Shown in pieces: positions 28,715 through 37,938 of a stretch of DNA of 38,391 nt. The notes below the pieces were generated by a model. It worked only from the letters and a program-made list of their open reading frames with translations. It did not search any database and was not told where the DNA came from. How positions within the stretch are numbered: the stretch's first letter is position 1; each line of letters starts with the position of its first letter. A program made the position numbers and the translations under genes. Source of the DNA: an uncultured Hyphomicrobiales bacterium. Its GTDB lineage: Bacteria > Pseudomonadota > Alphaproteobacteria > Rhizobiales > BM303. Location of the stretch: the NCBI GenBank assembly GCA_964542565.1, contig CAZIVB010000001.1, forward strand, positions 1-38,391, read 5' to 3'.

Positions 28715-29749
28715 ATGACGGTTCTTAAAGGCAAACAGATCCAATCCTTCCTCACCAGCCCGGATCCGGGCATTAGCGGGGTATTGATATATGGTCCGGA
28801 CCGGGGCAGGGTCAGGGAACGGGCCAGACAGATCGTGACATCCGTCCTTGGCGAAGAGGATGATCCGTTTTGCCTCGCGGAACTGGGCCCGTCGAATTTG
28901 TCTTCAGACCCGGCCCTGCTGCGGGACGAGTTGATGGCCATCCCGTTTCTAGGCAACAGAAAAATTGTCTGGCTGCGCGGCACGGATAAAAATTGCGAAA
29001 ACCTCATTCGGAAAACCATAAAAGATGAACGCACTCATCAGGCATTGCTGGTTGTTGAATCCCTCGCCCTCAAACCGGCATCGGCGTTGCGCAAGACATT
29101 TGAGCAATCGCGGCATCTGGTTTCGATCGCCTGTTTTGAAGATGATGGAAAATCATTGGGGCAGGTTCTGGATGATGAACTGATGCGGATGCATCAGACC
29201 ATCTCGCCAGAGGCACGGGCGCAGCTCATTTCGCAACTGGGATCGGACCGGGCGCTTTCGCGCAATGAAATTGAAAAACTGTGTTTATATACCGGCGAAG
29301 GGCAACGGATTGAACTGACCGATATAGAGGCCATTTCAGGTGATACATCCTCCCTGACCATGGATATGATTGCTGATAATGTCGCTGGCGGCAATGTTGA
29401 TTTGCTTGACAAGGATTATCAGCGCGCCATTTCCAGCGGCATTCAACCCGCTTCAATCCTGCTCAACGTCACCCGCCATTTGAGCCGCCTGCACTTTGTC
29501 CTGGCGAGCGCGGCGCAGGGCCAGTCACGCCAATCCCTGCTAGCGCGCCTGCGCCCGCCCGTCCATTTCAAACGCAAGGACGCTTTTACCCGGCAATTGA
29601 ACAGGTGGAGTGAACCGCAACTGAGAAAGGCGCTTGGTCTTTTAAGGCAATCAGAGCTTCAGAGCCGCACAGGTCACGCCAATCCGGCAACGCTTGTCAA
29701 CCGTGCCCTGCTTCAGATCTCGACCCTGGCTTCACCGCGACGCGGATAA
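28715..29749 (+). CDS. holA: DNA polymerase III subunit delta
   Basis: 344 aa. The N-terminus is FLTSPDPGISGVLIYGPDRGRVRE, the length and helical C-terminal half fit HolA, and it follows lptE. Confidence 0.85.
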   Translation: MTVLKGKQIQSFLTSPDPGISGVLIYGPDRGRVRERARQIVTSVLGEEDDPFCLAELGPSNLSSDPALLRDELMAIPFLGNRKIVWLRGTDKNCENLIRKTIKDERTHQALLVVESLALKPASALRKTFEQSRHLVSIACFEDDGKSLGQVLDDELMRMHQTISPEARAQLISQLGSDRALSRNEIEKLCLYTGEGQRIELTDIEAISGDTSSLTMDMIADNVAGGNVDLLDKDYQRAISSGIQPASILLNVTRHLSRLHFVLASAAQGQSRQSLLARLRPPVHFKRKDAFTRQLNRWSEPQLRKALGLLRQSELQSRTGHANPATLVNRALLQISTLASPRRG

Positions 29750-29779
29750 CCGGCCGTATTCATGAAACTCTGATCGGGA

Positions 29780-30670
29780 TTAAAACGCTTCCGAATCGGG
29801 TTTGGTGGTCAGACGGCGGCAAATTTCATCGAGCTGCTCGAGAGTTTTATAAGAAATCCGCATTTCCCCGCCCCGGCTGCCCTTGTGCCGGATATCGACT
29901 TTAAGCCCGAGAGCAGTGGTCAGATCATTTTCCAGCGCAAGCGTATCGGTATCCTTTTGCGCCCTGGCCGGTTTTTTGCTTTTTGCCTTCTCGGGCTCCT
30001 TCACCAACTGCTCGGTTTGACGCACATTCAAGCCTTCCTGAACAACGCGCAAGGCATGGGTCTCGGCATCAGGTGAAGCCAGCAACGCACGGGCATGCCC
30101 GGCGCTGAGAAGACCATCGGTAACAAAATCCTTGATTTTTTCAGGCAGTTTGAGAAGGCGCAACGTATTGGTCAGATGCGGCCGGCTTTTGCCGATCGCC
30201 CGCGAGAGCTGCTCCTGGGTATAGCCAAACTCGTCAATTAAACGGCGATAGCCATTGGCCTCCTCCATGGCGTTCAAATCGGCTCTTTGCACATTTTCTA
30301 TAATGGCGATTTCAAGCGCTTCGGCATCAGAAACATCGCGGCGGATGACGGGAATTTCATGCAACTGCGCGTGTTGCGCCGCCCGCCAGCGCCTCTCGCC
30401 GGCAATGATTTCAAAATTCTTGTCGGAACCGGGCGCGCGCCGCACCACAATCGGCTGCAACAGGCCCTTTTCCCGGATCGAATCCGCCAACTCCTCGATA
30501 TCCTCGGGATTGAAATTCTTTCTGGGATTGAGGTTGTTGGGCACGATAAATTCGATAGGCACGCTTCGCAAACCCCTGGCGCGCTCTACGCTCTCATCTT
30601 CAGCATAATCATCGCCAAGCAGCGCCGCAAGGCCGCGTCCCAGTCTGTCTTTAACATGTTCATTAGCCAT
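29780..30670 (-). CDS. parB: Chromosome partitioning protein ParB
   Basis: 296 aa with LGRGLAALL, NPRKNF, IVVRR...IIAGERRWRAA and an HTH region. Confidence 0.95.
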   Translation of the reverse strand: MANEHVKDRLGRGLAALLGDDYAEDESVERARGLRSVPIEFIVPNNLNPRKNFNPEDIEELADSIREKGLLQPIVVRRAPGSDKNFEIIAGERRWRAAQHAQLHEIPVIRRDVSDAEALEIAIIENVQRADLNAMEEANGYRRLIDEFGYTQEQLSRAIGKSRPHLTNTLRLLKLPEKIKDFVTDGLLSAGHARALLASPDAETHALRVVQEGLNVRQTEQLVKEPEKAKSKKPARAQKDTDTLALENDLTTALGLKVDIRHKGSRGGEMRISYKTLEQLDEICRRLTTKPDSEAF

Positions 30671-30755
30671 TTGTTTTATCCTACAGCCTCAGTGGCAAAT
30701 ATATTGTGCCGGACGTGAATCGATTTGCCGGAACTACCCGGCGTTAAAAATTCCC

Positions 30756-31601
30756 TCACGCTGCGCGCAATGTTTTCTCCCGCTGAATAATTTCTGATGC
30801 CAATTTGATATAAGCCTGTGAACCGGTACAGGTATGATCATAAAGCAGCGCCGGTTTGCCATATGACGGCGCCTCGGAAATTCTGACATTACGCGGTATG
30901 ACCGTTTTATAAACCTTGTCCCCCAGATAGGCCCTGACATCATCAGCCACCTGCCCCGAAAGATTGTTTCGCTTGTCAAACATTGTCAGGATGATGCCAT
31001 GAATATCCAGATCGGGGTTCAGGGTATTGCGCACCCGCTCCACCGTGCGCAACAGCTGGCTCAAACCCTCCAGGGCAAAAAACTCGCATTGCAGCGGAAC
31101 CAGAACCGAGCTTGCCGCCGCCAGTGCATTGATGGTGAGCAAATTGAGCGAAGGCGGGCAATCAACCAGAATATAAGAGTAGTTACGCTCATGAATCGAA
31201 TCCGTCTTGCCCTCAGCCAGCCGGGCAATGGCGTCTTTAAGACGATAGGTCCGCCGCGCCGCCTCCGAAAGCTCCAGTTCCGCACCGAGCAAATCCAGGG
31301 TGGAGGGCGCCACATGCAAACGCGGTATGCCCGTCTCGACAATCGCCTGCGACAGCGGCTTTCTGCCCATCATGACATCATAGGTCGAATGCTTGCGCTT
31401 TGATCTGTCAAGCCCGAGCCCCGTACTGGCGTTCCCCTGCGGATCAAGATCAATGATCAATACATTTTCCTCGACAGCGGCGAGCGCCGTCCCCAGATTG
31501 ATCGCCGTTGTTGTCTTGCCAACGCCGCCCTTTTGATTGGCCAGGGTCAATATTCTGGGGGTTTTGGCCGTTTTGCGGCGAAGCTTTCCCAAATTAAACA
31601 T
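30756..31601 (-). CDS. parA: Chromosome partitioning ATPase ParA
   Basis: Deviant Walker A (NQKGGVGKTTT) and DCPPSL. The ATG at 31601 overlaps the rsmG stop by 8 nt. The track's GTG at 31634 is less likely. Confidence 0.93.
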   Translation of the reverse strand: MFNLGKLRRKTAKTPRILTLANQKGGVGKTTTAINLGTALAAVEENVLIIDLDPQGNASTGLGLDRSKRKHSTYDVMMGRKPLSQAIVETGIPRLHVAPSTLDLLGAELELSEAARRTYRLKDAIARLAEGKTDSIHERNYSYILVDCPPSLNLLTINALAAASSVLVPLQCEFFALEGLSQLLRTVERVRNTLNPDLDIHGIILTMFDKRNNLSGQVADDVRAYLGDKVYKTVIPRNVRISEAPSYGKPALLYDHTCTGSQAYIKLASEIIQREKTLRAA

Positions 31602-32259
31602 GATTTTCTTTTCCAGGTATTGCTTGGATATCACTCACGACCAGAATTTTCCCGTCTGGGTCCGTCTGACTTGGGTGAATTTGAGCCGTAATATTCCAAC
31701 ATTTAGAGGCCTGGGTCAATTCTTCATCTACATATTGACCCTTAAGAAACAAACAGCGGCTATTTATCCCCAGAAAAGGCTGCGCCAAACCCAGCAGCTT
31801 ATCTAAAGGCGCCAGCGCCCGGGCGGTGAGAATATCCGCTTTAATCTCACCGGGCCGGAAACTCTCTATCCTGCGGTTTAAAACCTTGACCCTGACATTG
31901 GCCATGCGGGCCGCCTCGCGTAAAAAGGCGCATTTTTTACCATTGCTTTCAATCAGCGTGAACCTGGCCTCCGGCCTCTCATGAAGCGCCATGGCCAGAA
32001 TCAGACCGGGAAACCCGGCGCCGGATCCGATATCAAGAAATGAAATTGCCCCCGCCGGGATAAAATCCAGCAATTGCAGCGAATCGGCAATATGACGTTG
32101 CCGCAACCGTTGCATCTCTCCTGCACCGACAAGATTCATGCGGCTATTCCACTTAAAAAGCAATTCGATAAATCGCTCCAGTCTCGCCTCTGTTTCACGT
32201 GAAACATTGGGGATCGCGGAAGGCGTATCCCTGGACGGTCTAATTTTCATTTCTGACAT
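31594..32259 (-). CDS. rsmG: 16S rRNA (guanine527-N7)-methyltransferase
   Basis: [28 protein letters not shown] and the SAM motif [12 protein letters not shown]. The start is the ATG at 32259, or alternatively the ATG at 32250, which forms ATGA with the mnmG stop. Confidence 0.9.
   Translation of the reverse strand: MSEMKIRPSRDTPSAIPNVSRETEARLERFIELLFKWNSRMNLVGAGEMQRLRQRHIADSLQLLDFIPAGAISFLDIGSGAGFPGLILAMALHERPEARFTLIESNGKKCAFLREAARMANVRVKVLNRRIESFRPGEIKADILTARALAPLDKLLGLAQPFLGINSRCLFLKGQYVDEELTQASKCWNITAQIHPSQTDPDGKILVVSDIQAIPGKENHV
32191..32206. promoter_or_regulatory. parS: parS centromere site inside rsmG
   Basis: A perfect TGTTTCACGTGAAACA palindrome, matching the widely conserved parS consensus TGTTNCACGTGAAACA. 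It encodes the conserved NVSRET peptide of RsmG. Confidence 0.85.
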
Positions 32260-34115
32260 GAATCGAACTTCTTCACATACCGTAACAACAAGGTAATGGC
32301 CGCCGGAGTCATACCATCGATCCTGGACGCCTGACCCAGCGTTTGCGGCCGGACCTCGATAAGTTTTTCCCGTATCTCCCACGATAAGCCTGATATGTGG
32401 TTGTAATCAATAGTGCCGTCCAATAGCAGATTTTCCTCTTTGCGAAAGGCAGTGATTTCATCCCTTTGCCGTTCAAGATAAACCGAGTATTTGGCATCGA
32501 TCTCCAATTGCTCTGAGATTACGGCATCAAATTGTTTTATCTGTGGCCAGATCCGGCTCAGTTTTTCCCAGCCAATATCCGGATAAGATAAATACTCAAG
32601 CGCCGTCCGCCTTACCCCGTCCATGGCGACCTGAATTCCGAATTTTCCGGCCTCATTGGGCGTCATCGTCAGTTCTGAACATACTTGGCGCGCTTTTCTC
32701 AATTTGTCCAGTTTCCTTGAATAGAAACACTCCCTGTCCCGGCCTATACACCCGGCGGCCATACCCTTGGCGTGAAGCCTCTGATCCGCATTATCAGCCC
32801 TGAGGCTTAACCTGTACTCGGCTCTTGACGTGAACATCCGGTAGGGCTCGGTAATCCCGCGTATAACCATATCATCGATCATCACCCCTATATACGCATC
32901 GGCCCGATCAAGAATGAAGGGGTCCTGTCCCGTGCATAATCTGGCGGCATTGATACCGGCGACAAGCCCCTGGGCTGCGGCTTCTTCATATCCTGTCGTG
33001 CCGTTGATCTGTCCGGCCAGAAACAATCCCCCGATTCGCTTTGTTTCCAGCGAGTGAAGCAAGGATCTGGGATCTATATAGTCATATTCTATCGCGTAAC
33101 CCGGCCTGAGTATTTCGACATTCTCCAGCCCTTCGATCGTATGAATGAATTGTTGCTGCAGTTTTTGCGACATGGACGTCGATATGCCGTTGGGATAAAC
33201 CGTATCATCGTCGAGCCCTTCGGGTTCAAGAAAAATCTGATGGTTGGATTTATCGGCAAAACGCAAAACCTTGTCTTCAATGGACGGGCAATATCTTGGC
33301 CCGCGCGATCCGATCTGGCCTGAATATATCGGTGCCGAATCGAGGTTTGATTTAATGATCGCATGCGTGTCCGGATTCGTCTGGGTTAAAAAGCACGAGA
33401 TTTGCGGTGTGGTGATTTCCTCGGTTAAAAAGGAAAAAGGCACCGGGGGCGTATCGCCCTTTTGCTCCTGAAGAATATTCCAGTTGACGCTGCGGCCTGA
33501 TAATCTCGCCGGCGTCCCGGTTTTCAAACGCCCAAGCGGGAATTGCGCCCTGGAAAGCGACTTTGCCAGACCCAGAGCCGGTTCGGCCCCGAATCGTCCG
33601 GCCGGCCATGACTTGTCACCGATATGAATAACGCCGCGCAGAAAGGTTCCAGTGGTGAGCACAACACTTCGGGCGGGCAATAAACATCCATCCTGTAATC
33701 TGATACCAGTGAAGTGACTGTCCTTGATCTCCAGATCTTCTGCGCTGCCTTCAATCAGATCAAGATATTCAATATCCTGAAGACACTTCAGCATGGCCTG
33801 CCGGTAGAGTTTTCTGTCACTCTGCGCCCGCGGTCCCCTGACAGCCGGCCCCTTTCTCTTGTTTAACATTCTGAACTGAATGCCTGATAGATCAGCGACC
33901 CTGCCCATCAAGCCATCAAGTGCATCAATTTCCCGCACCAGATGCCCTTTACCCAGCCCACCGATAGCGGGATTGCACGACATCTCTCCAATTGTTGCTA
34001 AATCATGCGTTACCAGAGCCGTCCTGGCGCCCAGCCTCGCAGCGGCAGCAGCGGCCTCACAGCCGGCATGGCCGCCTCCGACAACCACAACATCATATGA
34101 AAATGCTGATTTCAA
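32247..34115 (-). CDS. mnmG: tRNA uridine-5-carboxymethylaminomethyl synthesis enzyme
   Basis: 622 aa with [16 protein letters not shown] and a conserved MnmG core throughout. It has a TTG start with no in-frame ATG nearby. Confidence 0.97.
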   Translation of the reverse strand: MKSAFSYDVVVVGGGHAGCEAAAAAARLGARTALVTHDLATIGEMSCNPAIGGLGKGHLVREIDALDGLMGRVADLSGIQFRMLNKRKGPAVRGPRAQSDRKLYRQAMLKCLQDIEYLDLIEGSAEDLEIKDSHFTGIRLQDGCLLPARSVVLTTGTFLRGVIHIGDKSWPAGRFGAEPALGLAKSLSRAQFPLGRLKTGTPARLSGRSVNWNILQEQKGDTPPVPFSFLTEEITTPQISCFLTQTNPDTHAIIKSNLDSAPIYSGQIGSRGPRYCPSIEDKVLRFADKSNHQIFLEPEGLDDDTVYPNGISTSMSQKLQQQFIHTIEGLENVEILRPGYAIEYDYIDPRSLLHSLETKRIGGLFLAGQINGTTGYEEAAAQGLVAGINAARLCTGQDPFILDRADAYIGVMIDDMVIRGITEPYRMFTSRAEYRLSLRADNADQRLHAKGMAAGCIGRDRECFYSRKLDKLRKARQVCSELTMTPNEAGKFGIQVAMDGVRRTALEYLSYPDIGWEKLSRIWPQIKQFDAVISEQLEIDAKYSVYLERQRDEITAFRKEENLLLDGTIDYNHISGLSWEIREKLIEVRPQTLGQASRIDGMTPAAITLLLRYVKKFDSCQK

Positions 34116-34197
34116 CGGTGATATTTTCCTCTGATGGACGTTTTAGATTGCATTTCCTGGTAATGAATCTACTCAGAATATCTTTTCGGAATCGAAA

Positions 34198-34213
34198 TGT
34201 TTCACGTGAAACA
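34198..34213. promoter_or_regulatory. parS: parS centromere site between mnmE and mnmG
   Basis: A perfect TGTTTCACGTGAAACA lies within a 20-bp perfect palindrome aatgtttcacgtgaaacatt (34196-34215) that abuts the mnmE stop codon. Confidence 0.85.
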
Positions 34214-35551
34214 TTATTTGCCAATGCAGAATTCGGCAAACACCACATCGAGAATCTCCTCGACACCCACCTTGCCGATAATCACCCCTATTTTATCAAT
34301 GGCGATTCTGATCATCTCAACTTTCAAATCGAATTGTTCGTCAGTAAATTCCTGAGCCTGTTTTATCGCCTCAACACATTCCTGCAAATAGATTTTATGT
34401 CTTTGCCTGATCACCACGGAATCAATTCCGCTTTGCAAACCTGCACTGGCTTTTTCAGCCACGTAGTTCAGTAAGTTATCAAGCCCCTGACCGGTTTTCG
34501 CTGAGATGTAAAACTCGCCTTGTGTTTCTTCCATCTCACCCAGATCAATTTTGTTCCAGACAATAAGGGTCTCCACCTTATCGAATATTCCAGCCAGCGG
34601 CATTTTAGTTCCGGGGGAGAATCGATCCTTGATATGCAGAACCAGATCAGCTTTGTTGATTTCTTTAACCGCCCGCTTGATGCCCTCCTTTTCTATATCC
34701 TGTTTGGTTTCTCTCAAACCGGCTGTATCACTGATAAGTACCGGCATGCCCAACAGGTCGAGTTGGACCTGCAAGACATCCCGTGTTGTACCCGGCTGAT
34801 CGGAAACAATGGCGACGTCCCGTCGCGCCAGAGTATTGAGCAAAGTCGATTTTCCGGCATTGACATCCCCGGCCAGGACAATACGAAAGCCGTTTCTTAA
34901 TCTCTCACCATGAATCGCCGTGTTAAGCGAGGCCTCTATCTCATCGCTGAGATTCTGTAATTTCATTTGAATTTTTGCGTTCAGATCATCGCTCAACTCC
35001 TCTTCCGAAAAGTCTATGCTGGCCTCCATAAAGGCCAGCAAGGTTTTTAAATCCTCGCGCCATTTCCCATATTGCCGGCTTCCAAATCCCTGATAGTGTT
35101 TTAACGCCAGTTCAATTTGCGATTCGGTTTCCGCATGAATAAGATCCGAAAGAGCCTCTATCTCCGTCAAATCCATTTTACGATTTAAAAAAGCCCGCCG
35201 GGTGAACACTCCAGGATCGGCGGGAACCAAACCGTCATATTTCATTAACTCAGCGAATAAAAGCCGCGTTACCGCCATACTGCCGTGAACATGAAATTCA
35301 ACGACATCTTCACCCGTATAACTGCCCGGAGCCGGAAACCACAAAACCAGCGCTTCATCAATGATTTTATCCGACCCTGCCCGGCGAAGATTCCTCAAGG
35401 ATGCATATCTTGGCTGCGGAACACTACCTGTCATGCCAGTTAAAACCTGACGGCAATGGGGACCCGAGAGCCTGACAACGCTGATACCGGCCACACCCTT
35501 TCCCGAGGCGAGGGCAAAAACCGTTTTGCCTTCTTGTGCTCCTGTAATCAT
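34214..35551 (-). CDS. mnmE: tRNA modification GTPase
   Basis: 445 aa with N-terminal GKGVAGISVVRLSG, G-domain GDVNAGKSTLLN / DTAGLR / NKID, and the C-terminal CIGK motif. Confidence 0.95.
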   Translation of the reverse strand: MITGAQEGKTVFALASGKGVAGISVVRLSGPHCRQVLTGMTGSVPQPRYASLRNLRRAGSDKIIDEALVLWFPAPGSYTGEDVVEFHVHGSMAVTRLLFAELMKYDGLVPADPGVFTRRAFLNRKMDLTEIEALSDLIHAETESQIELALKHYQGFGSRQYGKWREDLKTLLAFMEASIDFSEEELSDDLNAKIQMKLQNLSDEIEASLNTAIHGERLRNGFRIVLAGDVNAGKSTLLNTLARRDVAIVSDQPGTTRDVLQVQLDLLGMPVLISDTAGLRETKQDIEKEGIKRAVKEINKADLVLHIKDRFSPGTKMPLAGIFDKVETLIVWNKIDLGEMEETQGEFYISAKTGQGLDNLLNYVAEKASAGLQSGIDSVVIRQRHKIYLQECVEAIKQAQEFTDEQFDLKVEMIRIAIDKIGVIIGKVGVEEILDVVFAEFCIGK

Positions 35552-35658
35552 TCTGCTCTCTTGTCCTGTATGTTCATACCGCTGTCATTACGCTTGTGAA
35601 TCAAAGTTAAAATAATTTAGATCATTTCCAAATTATATTGATTTATGCAAATTCCTGC

Positions 35659-35675
35659 ATATGTTATCAACATAT
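35659..35675. promoter_or_regulatory. Inverted repeat atatgtt-atc-aacatat in the mnmE / hydrolase divergent promoter region
   Basis: Perfect 7-bp arms lie 25 nt upstream of the ATG at 35701. The repeat contains TTATCAACA, one mismatch from the DnaA-box consensus. The function is unknown. Confidence 0.3.
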
Positions 35676-35700
35676 CTGTGTTTAACCGAAGGAAATCAAA

Positions 35701-36402
35701 ATGGGAATTGAAATTGATATAGCCTGTCCCGATCGAACATTCATGGGCTATCTTTCCATGCCGGAACATAAAGTCGGACCCGGCGTTATTCTCCTTCATG
35801 ATAAATTTGGTATTGATACCGTTCTTCGCTCCAGGGCGGATGCCCTGTCTCAAAAGCTTGGTGTCTTTGTTCTTATCCCGGATTTGTTCTGGCGCCAGCA
35901 GCCTTGCCTGAACCTGAATGCCTTATCACAGCCGGATCAGGAAAAAGCCAACACATTGCAGAACAGCTTTGATTTTGAAACCGGCAGCAAGGATACACTC
36001 GACACCATAACCGCCCTGCGCGAGATCGGAGGTTGCACCGGCCGCGTCGGCGTTCTCGGTTATGGTCTTGGCGGCCGCCTCGCCTTTATGGCCTCGGCCC
36101 GCAGCGATATAAATGCCTCTGTCAGCTATTACGGCGCCGGGATTGAAAACCATCTCACTGAGGCCATCAAGATAACAAATCCCCTTCTGCTGCACTTTGC
36201 CACTAAAGGCGAGCCCGGCGGCACCGCCACAAGGAAGCAAATCCTCTCATCTTTAAAAGATTATTTTATGATTACCCATCATATTTATCTCGATTGCCGC
36301 CAGGGTTTTGCCCGTCCCGGCATTTCAGCTTTTGATGTTGAAAATGCCCGGCTTGCCGATCGGCGCTCGGAAGAGTTTCTCGCCGCCAATCTGGCTTTTT
36401 AA
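35701..36402 (+). CDS. Dienelactone hydrolase fold protein, apparently lacking the catalytic triad
   Basis: 233 aa that aligns along its length with my recollection of Pseudomonas ClcD (for example RVGVLGYGLGGRLAFMASARSDINASVSYYGAGIENHL against KVGLVGYCLGGALAFLVAAKGYVDRAVGYYGVGLEKQL). The nucleophile Cys is Gly here. Confidence 0.8.
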   Translation: MGIEIDIACPDRTFMGYLSMPEHKVGPGVILLHDKFGIDTVLRSRADALSQKLGVFVLIPDLFWRQQPCLNLNALSQPDQEKANTLQNSFDFETGSKDTLDTITALREIGGCTGRVGVLGYGLGGRLAFMASARSDINASVSYYGAGIENHLTEAIKITNPLLLHFATKGEPGGTATRKQILSSLKDYFMITHHIYLDCRQGFARPGISAFDVENARLADRRSEEFLAANLAF

Positions 36403-36501
36403 TATTTTTCTCCACCGGTAAAACTCAGGCAATCCTTGTTTTTCGCGGTGATTACGTGCCCGAATCGAAATCGGAACCTTTCTGCAACAGTCAGAACCCG
36501 T

Positions 36502-37767
36502 TTATGTGTTCATCGAGTCGAAGAATTCCTTGTTGTTTTTGGTCTGAGAGAGTTTATCGAGCAGGAACTCGATGGCGTCAACCGTTCCCATCGGATTGAG
36601 AATCCGCCGCAGGACATACATCTTCTTCAAAACATCCGCTTCAACGATCAGTTCTTCTTTTCTTGTTCCCGAGCGTAAAATATCCATGGACGGGAAAACC
36701 CGCTTGTCGGCGCATTTGCGGTCCAGGATAATTTCCGAGTTGCCGGTCCCTTTGAATTCTTCAAAAATCACCTCATCCATACGGCTGCCGGTATCAATCA
36801 ACGCAGTGGAGACGATGGTCAGCGATCCGCCTTCTTCGATGTTTCGCGCTGCGCCAAAAAAGCGTTTTGGTCTTTGCAGCGCATTGGCGTCCACGCCGCC
36901 CGTGAGCACTTTGCCCGATGACGGCACCACCGTATTATAGGCCCGCCCCAGCCGGGTGATGGAATCCAGCAAGATGACAACATCGCGTCCATGCTCCACC
37001 AGACGCTTGGCTTTTTCGATCACCATCTCCGCCACCTGCACATGCCGCGTCGCCGGTTCATCAAATGTCGAGCTGACAACCTCGCCCATAACCGAGCGCT
37101 GCATATCCGTGACCTCTTCTGGTCGTTCATCGATAAGAAGGACGATCAAATAGCATTCGGGATGATTCCTGGTGACGCTATGGGCGATATTTTGCAGCAA
37201 AACCGTTTTGCCGGTTCGCGGCGGCGCCACGATAAGAGCGCGCTGGCCCTTGCCCAGCGGTGCAACAATATCAATAACGCGTGAACTTCTGTCTTTTAAC
37301 GCCGGATCATCAACTTCCATATACAGACGTTCATCAGGATAGAGCGGCGTCAGATTATCGAAATGAATTTTGTGGCGCGCTTTTTCCTTATCATCAAAAT
37401 TGATTTTATTCACCTGCAGCAGAGCGAAATAGCGCTCGCCTTCGCGCGGTGAGCGGATAGGCCCCTCGATGGTATCACCGGTTTTGAGATTAAATTTCCT
37501 GATCTGCGAGGGCGAGACATAAATATCATCAGGCCCCGGTAGATAATTGGCATCGGGTGAGCGCAGAAACCCAAATCCGTCCTGCAAGACCTCAACCACC
37601 CCTTCACCTATGATCTCAATTCTATTTTCCGCCAGCTCTTTTAAGATCGCGAACATCAATTCCTGTTTCAACAATGCACTGGCATTTTCAACGTCTTGTT
37701 CTTCAGCGAATATCAACAGCTCTGTTGGTGATTTCTCTTTAAGATCCTGTAATTTGATCTGTTCCAT
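36502..37767 (-). CDS. rho: Transcription termination factor Rho
   Basis: 421 aa with an N-terminal RNA-binding domain (GFGFLR), Walker A (APPRTGKT), and a conserved C-terminus. AGGAG Shine-Dalgarno. Confidence 0.97.
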   Translation of the reverse strand: MEQIKLQDLKEKSPTELLIFAEEQDVENASALLKQELMFAILKELAENRIEIIGEGVVEVLQDGFGFLRSPDANYLPGPDDIYVSPSQIRKFNLKTGDTIEGPIRSPREGERYFALLQVNKINFDDKEKARHKIHFDNLTPLYPDERLYMEVDDPALKDRSSRVIDIVAPLGKGQRALIVAPPRTGKTVLLQNIAHSVTRNHPECYLIVLLIDERPEEVTDMQRSVMGEVVSSTFDEPATRHVQVAEMVIEKAKRLVEHGRDVVILLDSITRLGRAYNTVVPSSGKVLTGGVDANALQRPKRFFGAARNIEEGGSLTIVSTALIDTGSRMDEVIFEEFKGTGNSEIILDRKCADKRVFPSMDILRSGTRKEELIVEADVLKKMYVLRRILNPMGTVDAIEFLLDKLSQTKNNKEFFDSMNT

Positions 37768-37938
37768 AAAATCAGCTCCTCTTCATCCGCTCTGGTTCAC
37801 AATCGCAATGCTGCGAATACCGCTCTGCAATCTGGATGGATATTTGATATGATATAATCTTGGAAAAAGGACTTCTCCCGCGGACGCGGTGTCATTGACT
37901 GATAACAGATTGTTTCCGACCTGAAAAGCCATCAATGC

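Noticed and set aside
35552-35700. Possible oriC in the AT-rich mnmE / hydrolase spacer (DnaA-box-like tgattcaca and ttatcaaca).
   Set aside because: There are only two isolated one-mismatch boxes in 149 bp, with no box cluster, no obvious 13-mer-like unwinding repeats and no TTAA-N7-TTAA CtrA sites. By synteny the origin is more probably beyond the right edge.
37768-37938. Possible ncRNA or riboswitch in the 171-nt rho upstream region.
   Set aside because: I see only a short GC palindrome (cccgcggacgcgg) followed by a T-run on the minus strand, consistent with a hemJ terminator, plus a normal leader with an AGGAG Shine-Dalgarno. There is no recognisable riboswitch core, and long rho leaders are common.
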